Below, one piece after another: positions 36,901-50,875 of a stretch of 64,000 bases of DNA. A program made the translations under genes and the position numbers. Position 1 is the stretch's first letter; the number at the start of each line of letters is the position of its first letter. This stretch comes from Takakia lepidozioides (lineage: Eukaryota; Plantae; Bryophyta). The notes beneath the pieces were generated by a model. The model had not been told where the DNA came from and ran no database searches. It saw only the letters and a list, made by a program, of their open reading frames with translations. Location of the stretch: the NCBI GenBank assembly GCA_030704615.1, contig CM060732.1, positions 59,396,001-59,460,000 of the forward strand, read 5' to 3'.

Positions 36901-39761
36901 CAAAAACACGTGGCGTAAGGGCTACCAGTTGGCGGATTGTATGTCTTCGAGAGTATTTCTGACCAATGCTAACAGGGAATGAGGCCCTCTGTCTCTCTTC
37001 TTCTCCTGCTTGTAGTCAGCATCAATCCTCTACCTAGTGGTCAGCTATCCTATTGTCATGGAAAGCGGAGGATATACGTATGGTGGAAAGTTAGTGAATT
37101 CTGTAATTTTGTCACATGGGGTTTGCAACAGAGACCAGTGCAGCCATTGGGATCGCATGAGATTTTCAAAGGGCCATAATAGATTCTTCATTTTGGTACT
37201 GCATTCCCCACATCATCCTCTGTAGCTTGCTCTCCTTTGGTTTGGGTAAAGCATCTTGGCATGCTAGTAAATGCAAAAGACGGGGAAAAAATTGGTTAAT
37301 AATAGTCACTTGCAAAGTTAGGCAACCGTTGTTTCTCTGCAAAGGGTTTTTTGGTTGCTTTCCCAATGCCCCACTTTGAATCTGTGACAAAATCTGTGAT
37401 TGTACCTGTTCACTTGGTCTCTCAAATTGACCTATGAGATATAATCATCGTGGACAGTCTTCAAGTCTATTCTGTAAGAAATGTAATGAAGGATCTTTTA
37501 TTCGACACTGATTCAGCAGTTGCAACGTGCTAACAGCCTTGTTACTTGGTTTATTGTATAGTTGAGTGAGTACATATCTCACAAGCGATAGGAGCTCCGC
37601 TTCTTTTCAGAATCAGGGTAAGATGGCTCCAAAGTTTTTGTAATAAATAAATCAATGATTTCTCAAAGAGGGACAGGAGGGCTTACAACTTAACAACATA
37701 ACCAACTAGAACAACCAAATTGTGTACTATGTTGTTCATTTTTGTTTTTGTTTTTTTAAAAAAAAAATTGTCTTGCAAGGGTTTTTTATATCTTATTTTT
37801 TATAGAACAAGAGCAATGGAATATGCAACTGCAATCCGTGCACAGTGGAAGGTTTCAATGTTTTTATCTTGTGAAGAGCTTCTACGGTAGCCTCCTTTTT
37901 CTGGGTTGCTGTTCACGCAAGTCTATTGTTTTATCTGCACTTCACATGTATGTACGCAGTGTTGGGTGAGATTGACATGCCACCATAACTTCTTGAAATG
38001 GAATTAGTGCTTGGTAGACAAATGAGTCAAAAGGCTTGAATCGAGTACTTGTCTCTCACACTACACCATTTATTGAGAGAATTACTGTCTTTCGTGTGCC
38101 CGGTTGGTGTATAATTTGTTATCTCTTTCAGAAAAAATCCATGTCAGTATATTTCATAGCAGGTTTGTTTTTTTGGATATGCATACTTTCGTGTATTTTT
38201 ATGTTAATTTGTAAGGTCAATGTATCAATTTGCTATATGTTTTAGGTGTTTTGGAATATGTATTCATATTATCTTGATGTTTCTGTACTTTTCATGGTGT
38301 TGGTATGCTCAACACTTTTAAGGACTATCTTGTAACTCTAGGGGCATATTATCGCTAGTATTTTTAGGCGATTATATGTCACCGAACCGTCAATTTTATG
38401 TTCATTTGCTAAAGCAAAATTTGTTTACTTGAGGAAGAGGACCAAGCCGGAAGATAATAGGAATAATGTAAGAACTTAATGCACACGTGCAACCTTTCAT
38501 GGGATGGAACGCCGGTTTTTGGCATGTCAAATTTTCCCCACCCTCTCTTGAGAGTGACATGGAACTGAAGAGTGTAACCCACTGGGTTAAACGACGAAAC
38601 ATCATTTGGTGTAACCCACACTTGTCTCAAAATTTGACTAAGTCTTAATTTGGCTAAGTATAAAATGGACTAACCAGAGTTACATGAGCTAACCAGAGCT
38701 ACCCCCACAGCATGAAATTGAGGTAAGAGGGGGATGGGAGGATTTTACAGGGGCCCCGTTGGAGGAGCCCAGGTTGCCGAAATCCGGCGAAAGTACCGTC
38801 AGATTCGCACAGTGTCCATTAAGTTCGTACATTATTCCTATTGTCTTCTATATATGTATATATGTATAGCAAAATATTTAGTTTAATATTTTACAAACAA
38901 ATAGATGAATAAATATAATTATTATAGTCTTCAAGTAACGTACTTTCTATTTCAGTGGATGCTTTCTAGTGGATTTTAAAAAAAGTATTTTTATTCCATT
39001 ACAATTATGGATCTTGTAGTTGTTGGGGATTACAAGTAGATGACAAGTTATGGAATTTTTTAAGAAATAAATCAGCTATCTATTGGAAAATGACAATTGA
39101 TTGTCAGAGCTGCTAAAGAATGTTTAAAGGTGACTTATGATACCTTTTATGAGCAAGATGCACCTTGCATTACATCTACCATGGCCTATATTAGCTACAT
39201 TTTTACAACTAGCCAAAAAATCTTTCATCAATTGTATCTTGCTGAAAATAACAAATACTTTGTGTTACAAAAGCTTTGCAATCGCATGGAGTGGTGAAGC
39301 TTATTGGTTATCTATCCCATGTTGCATTGGTTTAGAGCCTAAATGCATATATTTTGCCAACTTTGAGTGAAAACTTAAATTGATTGCATACAATAACATT
39401 AGAAAGAGTTGCTAGCATCATGATTCAAGACAAGATTATAAGGAAGCTAAGGGTATCCATGGACGAAGTTCAGTGATCTTCGTGTTAGGTCACGATTCCC
39501 AGATCCCAACAGACGCCACAGTTAGGCACTCATCTTGGCAAATTGACATAAGCATCTTTAATCTTACAACACCAATGTACATTTTCAATTCTTTTGTCTA
39601 TCATTTCTATATTTCTTGTATCTCCTATATTATCATTTATTTCATGATGTAAGTGTGATCTTACTAATTTCAATTCTTAAAATACTAACAAAATGACATG
39701 AATCTTTGAAAAAGACATAAGTGACGGATTGAAAAAGTGAATCACGAATTGGTCAAAAAAG

Positions 39762-42700
39762 ATGAGTGTGATTGATGTCCTCACACGGGTGAATTCATTG
39801 TGCAAAAAATATGAAAAATATGATATGGAGAAAAAAAACAGCATACAAGTGGCTAGCCATGACCATTTTCTAAAGCTCTATACTCTTCTTCAAGAAAACG
39901 TGGAAGTTGCCATTCAGGTTAATACTTTATCATTCTATATCCGACATCTATTGGTTGCATTAATTTAAAACACATTGTGGGTGAAAAATTCCGAGGAATC
40001 TCACGCAAATATTAGACACGACTCATGTGAAAATATATAAACACAAGTGAAACAAGGGAAAAGAAGGGTCAAACTGAGATGCGGAGTGCGGAGAGATTCA
40101 TAGCAAGAATATAACCTTGGCTATGTCAATTAAGGATTATCTCTGTTAAAACATGATGGTCAAAGTGATGTTGTTTTTGCAGAAGTCCAATGATGCTCAA
40201 ATTGAGAAGAATCGTGCAGTAGTTGCCACACTCAACGCCGAGGTTAGGCGTGCCAAAGCTACCATGCGCAATGACCTATCAAAGCTCAACAAGCTTGCCA
40301 CAAAAAAAGTCATAAACTTCCCTCCTCAAACATGTCTTATATTTTCTACATTATAACATCTTATACTAAATATCATTATGGTGCCTTCTGATATAGACGA
40401 TTGATAGAAACAAAGCCTTTAAAAGGATATTAGTAACAATGGGCTCATACACACAAATAGATAAAACAAACATTTTCTGGTCCATAATAAATCAGGCAAT
40501 TATTGACAGAGTTATAACAACTAACAGTTGATCTCAGTTAGTTTGATGCATGCATTTCCATTAAAAAAGAAACCTCACATCCTCTCACTCATATGGACAA
40601 GATATATGGGTGGTAGAGAAAACCATGACCCAATCTTTCGGCCGGAATTTTGTCTTGATGTGCGACTCGTCATCTAAGTCTTCTTTGGAGTTTGGACTAT
40701 TAGAGATGGATTTTGGAACGATAGAAGATATGTTATTTATGATACGTGTTGCAATGGATGTTTAGGTGAAAGGGGTATCCAAAGAAGACCTAAAGACGCG
40801 ACCTGACCTAGCTCTTACTCTAGCTCAGAGAATTGAGGAAATTCCAGATGGTGTACTTATAGGTCCCAAAAAGTCTATATTAACTAGCAAGAAAAATGAC
40901 ACTCTTTTGGAAATCAAAATCGACGGCATGAGCCCTGGTTATCTTCTTGCTCAAAATAATCCTTCATTAACTTATGCAATATACGTTATTCTAAGCCATG
41001 AATTATATGATACATTTCTCTTCAACTGCATGTAGTTGAAAGACTTAGATATATGGATGGCAGATGACATCATGCGGACTGGACAATATGAACACTCTGA
41101 GGAATCAAAAAAATTTCAAGATGAAATTGCAAGCCAAAAAACTAAGCAGGTAACAATAACTTATAAGTATCAATTGTGTCTAAGAAGGAGTCTCACTCAC
41201 ACACACAGTACAGTAGCAAGTAAAGTACATAAAAATTATAAAAATTTGCACATAATCCATAATATGCTAATGTTTCTAGTACTGTGGCTTGTAGGATGAA
41301 GGATTGGATGTCATATCAGAAGGTCTAACAACACTCAAGAATATGGCTGAAGACATTAGAGAGGTCACTCCTGATGCACATTTTTTGCTTGGCTATATTC
41401 AAATTATTTCATCTCATAACAACAATCTCTGAGAAATCATAGTTGTTGAACCAAATTTTCTAAGGGAATCAACCAACATTTAACCAATGGTAAGGGCATA
41501 AACCAGGTTCTTAGCTTTTTTTAATATCCGCCGGGTCCGGATACGTGACAAATTAGAGAATGATATATCCTGCGGATCCGGATATTAGAATAATCTGCAT
41601 TTCTAATATCCGCCAGTTATGCATAGTAGAAGCTTTTAAAAAATCTACCGGATATAAATGAGTCCGGATATTCAGATTATAATATCCGGCGGTTATAGAG
41701 TAATAAGGACATATGAATCATAGAAAATAACATCTTTTAAATTTTTCATTTAATCAATTTAAATCATTATAATTCTAATAAAATATTAATATTTTATTTT
41801 TTTATTAAATATTTTCTTTTCTTTTCTTATATTCGGGTTGAGATCTGGTATTCTTTATCCGGATACAATCCGGTTATTAATCCTTTTTATATTCGGCGGG
41901 TAGGATCCTATCCGGATCCTCTGTTTTTTGTATCCGCCGGATATCAAATAGCTGCCGGATCCGGATCCGGATACACTGGTATCCGGATTGATATCTGGAT
42001 TACTCTATATTTGCCCAACACTGGCATAAACCACTTAACTAGGGGGTGTGGGTTCAAACCACATGTTGGATGTCATGTGTCCAGCTTCCCATCGGAAGGC
42101 AATAGCCCGTGGGGGTCAAGCAACATAATTTAGGTGTCCCTATTTTTTTGGGTAATTAGGGGGTCAACCAACCAACACATGTATTTTCTTATGGTTACAT
42201 AATCATGGGTTGCTTTTCTGCCTCCAAAACATTACTCATACCATTTAAAGTCATCATGTGGTAGACTATGTGCAGGAATTGGATAAACAAGATCCTTTAA
42301 TTGATGAGGTCGACACAAAGGTTTTTATTTTTATTTTCTAATTTGAATTAAATAAACAAGATTTATGACGAGGTTGATATAATGGAGTCTCCCTATCAAT
42401 TCTTATATAATATGTCATTCAATAGTTTCGAGATTAATAAGTACATCTAACATGTGTGTATACGATATCTGAAAATTTTAGCAATACCCATTTCTAAGTT
42501 CTTCTTCCTCATATAAGCAAGAATTGATAGTTCGTTCTTCTAACTTAAACCAGGTTGACAAAGCTGCAATGGACCTCCGAAACACCAACGCAAGATTGAA
42601 AGATACCGTTGTCAAGGTATTTGATAAATAATCACCTCTATTCTTTTCATTCTTGAATTTTCCATAATTCATGTTGAAACTTTGAAATTAAAAATTGACA

Positions 42701-43858
42701 TCTCATGTTGAAGCAACTCTAAATCATGAAATCACTTCATCTTGAACGGCTATTGCCTAATTTTGTTTTGAATGTAGACACTATCTAATGGCCATAATGC
42801 GGCTGCCCAAACCTCCCCAGCCTAATGACTCAAAAGTTCCAAATAATTATACATTAAGTGGCCAGTAGAGCGACCAATTGACTTCTTTTTAATAAATAAA
42901 ATGTGCACAATGGGCGCCATCCAACATACATGTATGTGATTTTGAATCCATGACTGCTTCTAAGGTGACTTTGTGCCCTAACCACTAGGTCATTGGATAA
43001 TACATTGGAATTATATTTCATTTATAGAGCCCACCCGACATGGGCAATAGCCGCAATGTGAAGTGGCTCTTACTGGCTTTGGCCAATGTCATCTCTCTCT
43101 CAAAACACACAAGCACACTTACATCACTAAATGTGGGATTTTGATGTCAATTTGTGAGTTAATTGACTAACAAGTATGTTGTTGTTTTGCAGCTACGGTC
43201 AAATCGTAAATTTTGTATCGATGTAATTTTGCTTATGGTTATTTTGGGCATTGCTGCTTATCTTTACAAGTTGGTCTTACCATTTTGTCCATTTCAAGTT
43301 GTTCTAATTTTAGTGAGAAATAAAATTTGAATCTAAATCTCTCAAAGAAATCACTGAGGCATATTAGGTGTCTTTCGTGAGTTATATAAGAGAAGTTAAA
43401 ACAAAACATCAAGAGAGAATAATATGTATTAGGATGTAGTGTCATATTATCATGCAAATAGCAATTCATATATTATCATTTGTAAAATTTTAGCAGTCTC
43501 CTTGATCCATCATCTTAATAAAAATATAATACTCAATTTTAAGCAAATTTACGTGCACAATCACTAGGTTTAAAAATGTCTCATTGCCGTGAACCCATAC
43601 ATATATATTTGCATATCAAGTCTATAGAAGTTCATTGGATAGCGCCCACCCTCCAAAGGGGGCAGTAGCCAAAAGGTGAAATGACTCTTAATTACGTCAG
43701 CTTGGGCCGACATCTTCTTTTTCTTCTATGTATAATATTATATATTTGGATATGTCGAAAAATACTATATACCTAGATATTCTAATTAAAAATTGAGTTA
43801 TGGTCAAGAATAATAAATTGTCTCTATGTTTTTCTTTTGCAGGGTGATTAAAAAGTAA
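39762..43858 (+). CDS. SYP71: Syntaxin SYP7 family (Qc-SNARE), 9 exons
   Basis: Exons 39762-39917, 40183-40308, 40766-40937, 41064-41149, 41295-41363, 42276-42320, 42554-42616, 43193-43269 and 43843-43858 join in frame: MSVIDVLTRVNSLCKKYEKYD..QDEGLDVISEGLTTLKNMA..ELDKQDPLIDEVDTKVDKA..LRSNRKFCIDVILLMVILGIAAYLYKVIKK*. Confidence 0.93.
41504..42023. mobile_element. hAT-like MITE in syntaxin intron 5
   Basis: CAG..CTG termini, 8-bp TSD GCATAAAC (41496-41503 and 42024-42031), dense ATCCGG/CCGGAT subterminal repeats and an AT-rich centre. Confidence 0.85.
42745..42995 (-). mobile_element. SINE family B copy (syntaxin intron 7)
   Basis: Minus-strand head CCTAGTGGTTAGGG..GGATTCAAAATC; the body matches 57440-57635. 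Confidence 0.6.
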
Positions 43859-44204
43859 AAACATATGTTACCTTAGATGTAAGTCTCTGCCCCCAACTCC
43901 AAGTTTCTAAGGCCTTCTGGTGATTGACATATCTATAGTACTTGAATTGCAATTGCATAGCCCATAAGAATATGTTGAAATATACACATTGTACTCAAGA
44001 AATTCATTCGATTACGATACTAAATTGTTATCAATATACAATTAGAATCATAGGGCCTGCCCCTGAAAAGGAGAACATGCTCTAGCCAAAAGGTAAAGCG
44101 ATTGTACTGGCTACTGCAATTAAACAACTCATCCTATATGTCACATTTTATATAACTTTGATGGCATGATAATGCCACTAGTGATTTTTATTTTTTTATT
44201 TTTT

Positions 44205-44440
44205 AATAAGGGAAAATACTCAGGAGCAACCGCTCACAATTCAGGCCCCTTAATTATCGTGAGAGGAGAAAATAACCTCTTTCATAGTAACCTCGCCATG
44301 AGGCACTAAGCACAAGGCTCAAGGGACACCGCCCAAAGGAAGGGGGAGAAGATTATACCACACTCGACCCTGTAGCAAGATTTGAATCCAAATCGATCAC
44401 CCGGTAGCAATCAGTGCTTTATCCAACTGAGCGACTGGTG
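44205..44440 (-). mobile_element. SINE family A copy with tRNA-like A and B boxes
   Basis: Minus strand TCGCTCAGTTGG..GGATTCAAATC; body shared with 25555-25790; ends next to an A-rich tract on the minus strand. Confidence 0.7.
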
Positions 44441-44704
44441 GTAAATTTTCTATTATGGCATGAAGTGTACTAGGGGTACACATTATCCATACTACCATTG
44501 CCGACTCTCAATACAATTTTTCTTTTGATTAGAAATATATTTAATGCAAAAGATAGGAACAATGTAAGAATTTAATGCAAACGTATAACAATACTTTCGT
44601 CGTACTGAGGCAGAATCAGCTCTTTAAGCTTTTTGGACAAAAAGGGGTGTTGGAACAACTGGTTAATGGACCCTCCTACATTGTCTTGGTTAGTACAGCC
44701 GTTA

Positions 44705-45023
44705 GAGCATCCCCACCGGGTCCCTAAATGCCACGGCAAGCCTCCGGCCCTGGTATCCGCACCCCCGGGGCCCTTGGTGCAGGATACGGGCCCTCGTCAG
44801 CCCGGCCGGTACCTGCTGGAGAGACTAAAAAGCACGCATGTGTGCATTTATTGCCTGATGGTAAAGCAGCGTCTTCCAGGTGGTCCCTCCGCACCCAGGC
44901 ATGTCATCAAATTTGACACGTGTAGGGTAGTTTGATGGGGTTGCCGCTGGGGGAGAGGAGTGTTCGAACCCGCGGGAGGTTACCGTTGCAGTGGTGTTTA
45001 GCGTACCCCCGGTGAAGATGTTC
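44705..45023. mobile_element. Tourist-like (PIF/Harbinger) MITE
   Basis: TIRs GAGCATCCCCACCGGG and CCCGGTGAAGATGTTC, with TTA on both flanks (44702-44704 and 45024-45026). Confidence 0.88.
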
Positions 45024-48000
45024 TTACAAGGTATTTGTTTACCTTCCCAATAAAAGGCAACAGCCTTTCAAGGTGGAGTGACTTCGACAACATATTTTTT
45101 TTTTTCCCTTCGCTCCTTCTTATATGGTTCAATATCTCGTTATATTCTAGCTTGTAAATAAGAAATACAACATATCTTACAAAAACTACACTTCATATAA
45201 ATTTTTAACTTAATAATTTTATTAATCTTAAATTAAAATATATTGAATCAATTAATGATATCATGAAGATAAAAAACACTCAAGCTAAGAGCACAAGCTG
45301 ATGTAACTAAGAGCTATATTTTTGGTGTCTAAAATATAGACAAAAGAGAGAAATCCAATGTTAATAGTTTTGACATTTCATTAGTTATCACCATTATAAT
45401 ATTTGTAATATATATGTATTATTGTAATATATTAGTAATTTAAAACTTGATCACCATAAAACCAAAGGGTTAACATTCTCAAAAACTGGATAAACCAAGA
45501 GAGTAATATAAGAGCACATTTGATAAAATGTTTTTAAAATTCAGATTTTTTCCCCTTCTCGAGCAGCTTAAGAAATGATGGCGATGACGTGGCTGAAGAT
45601 GACATGATGATGTTAAAAAATCACCTTTTTTTTTCCCCTATCCAAGCAACCTAGAAAATGCTGATGGTAATGTGGCGAAAATCAGTTTTTTTCTTTTTGG
45701 GCAGCCAAAAAATGACGATGATGACATGGCTGATGATGACATCGCTGGCATGATGATGACGTGGTACTATGGCACCCTATTCTTTCTCTACACTAAAACT
45801 AGTCTCCGACCTTTAGTCGTCACATAGAATATAAGTTTTAATATACATAAAGACGATACGAATTGCATGGACTATGTAATTCATGGTTTTATAATTCAAG
45901 TTCTTGATTGAATGTAGATTGCTGGACATATATCAATTTTAATGAATTTTTCAATTGAATGTAGATTGCTGGACGGATATCAATTTTAATGAAAATTTCA
46001 ATTGAAAATAATGCCTTGAAACCAATGTTCCACGGAGGCTTCATTTTGCCTCAAAGCCCCGGCAGGTTCTAACCCAAATATATGTATGTATAGATGTGCG
46101 ATTCTGCTGGAGGTCAGAAAAAATAATATCCACCTTTGTTAGGATCCACTAGAGCTGAAATAATTGCCATCAATTGAGAACCGGTTCGGTCCTAATTTTC
46201 GTTTGTATTTGATTTAATCCGGATTGCGGAACTAGTGGCTCAAAGAGGCGGGTTATGAACCCTTTTGGAAGGTGCGGAGATTATAATCCGGATAATTTAA
46301 CATGTTCTTGGGTTTTACTCACAGATGATGAGGTAGGTAACGAGCTAGCCCTCATTTCATTTCATTTTAGAAGTGTTTTAGTATATTATATCTTTAAGAT
46401 TTTATAGTTTTATTTCTTCACATAAACTTGGCCAACCAGATTATGAACTGTCAAAGGCAATCCAGACATAAACTCCATTTGTTCATAGCTGTAATATAGG
46501 CTTAAAAATTACATTTGTTGTCAACCGGCAAGATGGTGGAAATAAAAATGCTCCAAAACCCTAGGAACCGGCGGGTCTCAATACAAAGTTGAAGTTAGAC
46601 ATCCGTAACCGGCTGATTAAAAAATCAAATATCCGCTCAACACTGCTTGGAACATGTGTAGGGCGAAAGCATGTGACACAGGGAAATGTGGGAGAAAGCC
46701 GGAGCATGGAGGGTTCTGGAGTTCAGGGATGAGATCGTGATTTTTTATTGGTGAAAAACAGGATGAAATTGACGATTTATCATTCAAGCATAGATTGAGC
46801 CCCAAGTGGATGACGGGCAAGGATGAAGGCGCGACTTTTCATCGAGCGGATGAATGACGGATTGACAAAGGGATGAAAGATCGATTTCTCGTTACGGGAT
46901 AAAAATCGTAGTAATAAAAAAACTGCAATGGTAATTTAGCAACAGGGTGGCCATATTAAATATTAGCAAGTGACATGCAGCTAAAGGGTGGTCGAGAAAC
47001 AAAACACGTAGTTATAGTGTATTTTTAGAAGTTGATGGGCTTGTGGCACAAAGGGAGATAAGACCCGTTGTCTGCCATTCTTGATGTCCAAAGGCTGTAG
47101 GATATTAAATAGTGCTGGCTTGCTAATAAATAATCAGGTGAAGGAGGCGGCAGGACAAGGTAATGTAGTAATCTGCTCACATGTAAAGGGTGGTACGAAC
47201 TACGTTCTCTCTCTCTTTTTTTGGCTCTAAATTGAGGCTCGGAAGTAAAAAATGTCGTTCACCATGATTGTGCATGTGAAGAGCGAATCATGTGAATGTG
47301 ACGTAAAATGGTAGCACTTAGTGTGGTAGTAACTGCAGGATGATGCTGAGCCAGTGGAAGAATGCAAGACAATGATGAGGTAGCATGCAGAATAGTGAGT
47401 GACTAATTTTACAAGTAGAACAAGTTCCAACCTAGATCATGAGATATATCGATCAGTAGAAATACAAGATGATCAGCAAACAATATAGGGAAGGAACTCC
47501 ACGAGATGTATTAGAAGTCCACATCAGCTCAAGTATATCTCTGTAGCAATGCATGACAGCCAGAACAATCCGAAGTAAGCATTGCTCGAAACCAGTGAAT
47601 GACGTGAAACAAAGGCAAGAAATAATCAAGGCCAAACCAAATTCACATGGCGGCCTATGATGATTAAGAAGGACAGTCAGTGCGTCTTATCATAAAAAAA
47701 AAAAAAACAACTCGTCTAGACTAGGTTTTCTCTTCCGCTGCAGCCTGGAATAGATGAAGTACTAATGGGTTGTATTGGCATGGGTGTTAGAACCTTTCTT
47801 TTTGGTATCGAGCAGGTCGATGATGAGCTAATTAAATAGTAAAGATGTCATTTCAGCAACAACTCTCGAGTTCAACAGATAGAGCGCAACATGGTCAAGC
47901 TTGCAAGCTTGATGGTATCGAAGGATTAATCTACTGTTCACCATAAGAACGAAAGAAGGACTGATGTGAACGTAATGAGTACACACATGGTTTGGAGCAT

Positions 48001-48943
48001 GAACGTCGACGATGAAATGAAGATAATGGAGGACTGAGAAATTAAGCCGATTTTTGAATTTTTTTGGTTGTACCATGACATTGAAGCACTCCATAAAACG
48101 ACAACATGCGTTGAATTAACAATCAGATCTGTGAATATGCGAAGATGTGATGAAGCTGCTCAAGAGCTTGAGTTTCGATGATGATGAACGAGGAGGCTGG
48201 AACTATGTTACACGAGCAGCACTTTGGAACAATAACGAGATGGGGAGAGTGCATGACCGACAACAAGAAAACCAGGAAGTTGAAACCCTGATATAGTTAA
48301 GGAGCTTCATGATGACAATACTCTCGGGAGTTAGCGACGCATCATTTCACGGATGAGAAAATGAAAATGTGAAGGATTGGATTGAAGAACTAGAAATGAT
48401 TGGAGGCATCGAAGACCTGAGCGATGACAAACTATTCAAGGTTGTCAGACTGAACCTACAAAGCTACGCAAATGACTGGTACCGAAGACAAAACGCAAGA
48501 TCTGCAAACTGGATTGAATTTCAAACTGCAATTATAAGAAAGTTTGATCGTATGAATTCGACCAACCTCAACATGACATTCCAAAAGTCACCTGAAATAA
48601 GAAGGTTCAAAACAATGGAGGATGATTTGATAATCACCACATAGGAGAAGAGAATCAATCGAAGCATTTTTGAGTCAATCATTGACTATCATACTGAAGC
48701 ATCAGACATCATCCAGAAGTACTTTACAAGAGAAGCTGAGACACCTAAAAATCCTGAAAACAACACGACATTGCTTGGAACCACAACGGACAATCTCTGC
48801 CAAGAACGACACATGCTTGCCGCCTATCCCACAACAAAAACCCTACCTAAGAGTGACAAACAACACCAGGTTGGACGAGGGGTAGAAATGTGTGGTATTA
48901 CATGTATTTTTTGCAAGATATTGGGACATTTTGAGTCTGAATG

Positions 48944-50875
48944 CAGTGTTGCTATTCCGTGAACCTTGAGGCACGAGCCTGTGAGCTTAAGAGTCCGTGA
49001 GCCCAGCAGAGGCTCAAGTCATGTTAGCATGGAATTCCGAATTTGTAGGCATACTTCTGCGGGCGACGTCTATTTTCGTTTTATTTTATTTTATTTTACG
49101 AAACGGGGGACTGTGGCCCTCATATTTCGTATGCACCGGCGCAAACCGGACAATACTGTTTTGTTTTTTAAATGTTTTTTTAATATTTGTTTTTAATTTA
49201 TTTTAATATTTGTTAAAAAAAAACAGGGGACAGTGGCCCTCATATGCGCCGGCGCATATCAGACAACAAGGTTTTCTTTGAAAAATGTGTTTTTTTATTA
49301 TTTTATTTTATTATTTTATTTTATTTTATAAAACAGGGACAGCGGCTCATATTTCGTATGTGCCGGCGCGTACCAAACAACAATGTTTTATTTTTCAAAA
49401 ATATTTTTAAAATATTTGTTTTTATTTTTTTAAATTTTTGTTCTTATAAAATAGGGGACAGTGGCCCTCGTATGCGCCGGCACATATCAGACAACAGTGT
49501 TTTTATAAAAATAAAATTTATTTTCTAATTTATTTTAATTTTTGTTTAACAAAACAGGGGACAATGGACCTCATATGCGCTGGCGCATATCAGACAACAA
49601 TGTTTTATTCAAAATGTTTTCTTATTTATTTTTAATTTTTAATTTTTTTTAAATTGTTTGAAATTTTGTTTCACAAAACAGGGACAATTGCCCTCATATT
49701 CGTATGCGCCAGCGCGTACCAGACAACAGTGTTTTGTTTTTCAAAAATATTTTTAAAATATTTGCTTAAAGTTTTTTAAATTTTTGTTCTTACAAAACAG
49801 GGACAATGGGGCCCTCGTATGCGCCGGCACATATTAGACAACAGTGTTTTTATTAAAAATAAATTAAAATAAAAAATATATGTTTTAATTTTTTTAACAT
49901 AACAGGGGACAGCGGACCTCATATGCGCAGGTGCATATTAGACAACAATGTTTTTATTTAAAAATCATTTTTTAATTTAATATATTTTTATTTTGTTTTA
50001 ATTTTTGTTCTTACAAAACAGGGGACATTGGCCCTCATATGCGTCGGCACACATCAGACAACAGTGTTTTTGTTATTTAAAAAAAAACAAATTGTTTTTT
50101 TTATTTCTTTTAATTTTTGTCTTACAAAATAGGGGACAGTGGCCCCGGCGCAAATCAAACAACAATGTTTTTTTAAATTTTGTTTTTAATTTTTAATTTT
50201 TAATTTTTTAACTGTTTGATTTAATTTTTGTTTTACTAAACCTGGGACAGTGGCCCTCATATTTCGTATGTGCCAGTGCATAACTGACAACGGTGTTTTT
50301 GTTATAAATAAAAAAAAAAAAACAAATTGTTTTTTTTATTTCTTTTAATTTTTGTCTTACAAAATAGGGGACAATGGCCCCGGCGCAAATCAAACAACAA
50401 TGTTTTTTTAAATTTTGTTTTTAATTTTTAATTTTTAATTTTTTAACTGTTTGATTTAATTTTTGTTTTACTAAACAGGGGACAGTGGCCCTCATATTTC
50501 GTATGTGCCAGTGCATAACTGACAACAATGTTTTGTTTTTTAAAAATATTTTTTTAATATTTGTTTTTAATTGTTTTAATTTTTGTTTTTACAAAACAGG
50601 GGATAGTGGCCCTCATATGCGCCGGCGCATATCAAACAACAATGTTTTTTTATTTAATTTATTTAATTTTTGTTTTACAAATCAGCTCCAATGGTCTTAT
50701 ATTGTCATTTTTTTGCTTCATCGAATATATAGTATGTAGTAATTGGCAGAAATACGTTCCATTTCTTAATGTTTCGACGACCCATCCATACTCATAATCA
50801 TATATAATTATATTTATGGGTTCACGATTTCCAGCTCAGCGCTCATCGCTCATCGCTCACGGTTTAGCGTCTCTG
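48944..50875. mobile_element. Non-autonomous TIR element (1932 bp) with 10-bp TSD
   Basis: Imperfect TIRs CAGTGTTGCTATTCCGTGAAC and (reverse complement) CAGAGACGCTAAACCGTGAGC. TSD AGTCTGAATG at 48934-48943 and 50876-50885. Subterminal GTGAGC/GCTCA motifs. Confidence 0.85.
49095..50680. repeat. 14-unit tandem array (~115-bp period) with a palindromic GC core and AT-rich linkers
   Basis: Core AAACAGGGGACAGTGGCCCTCATATGCGCCGGCGCATATCAGACAACAATGTTTT, counted 14 times with variants. Confidence 0.92.

Noticed and set aside
49095-50680. CRISPR-like appearance of the palindromic array
   Set aside because: Linkers are low-complexity and related to each other rather than unique spacers; there are no cas genes and the context is a eukaryotic transposon.
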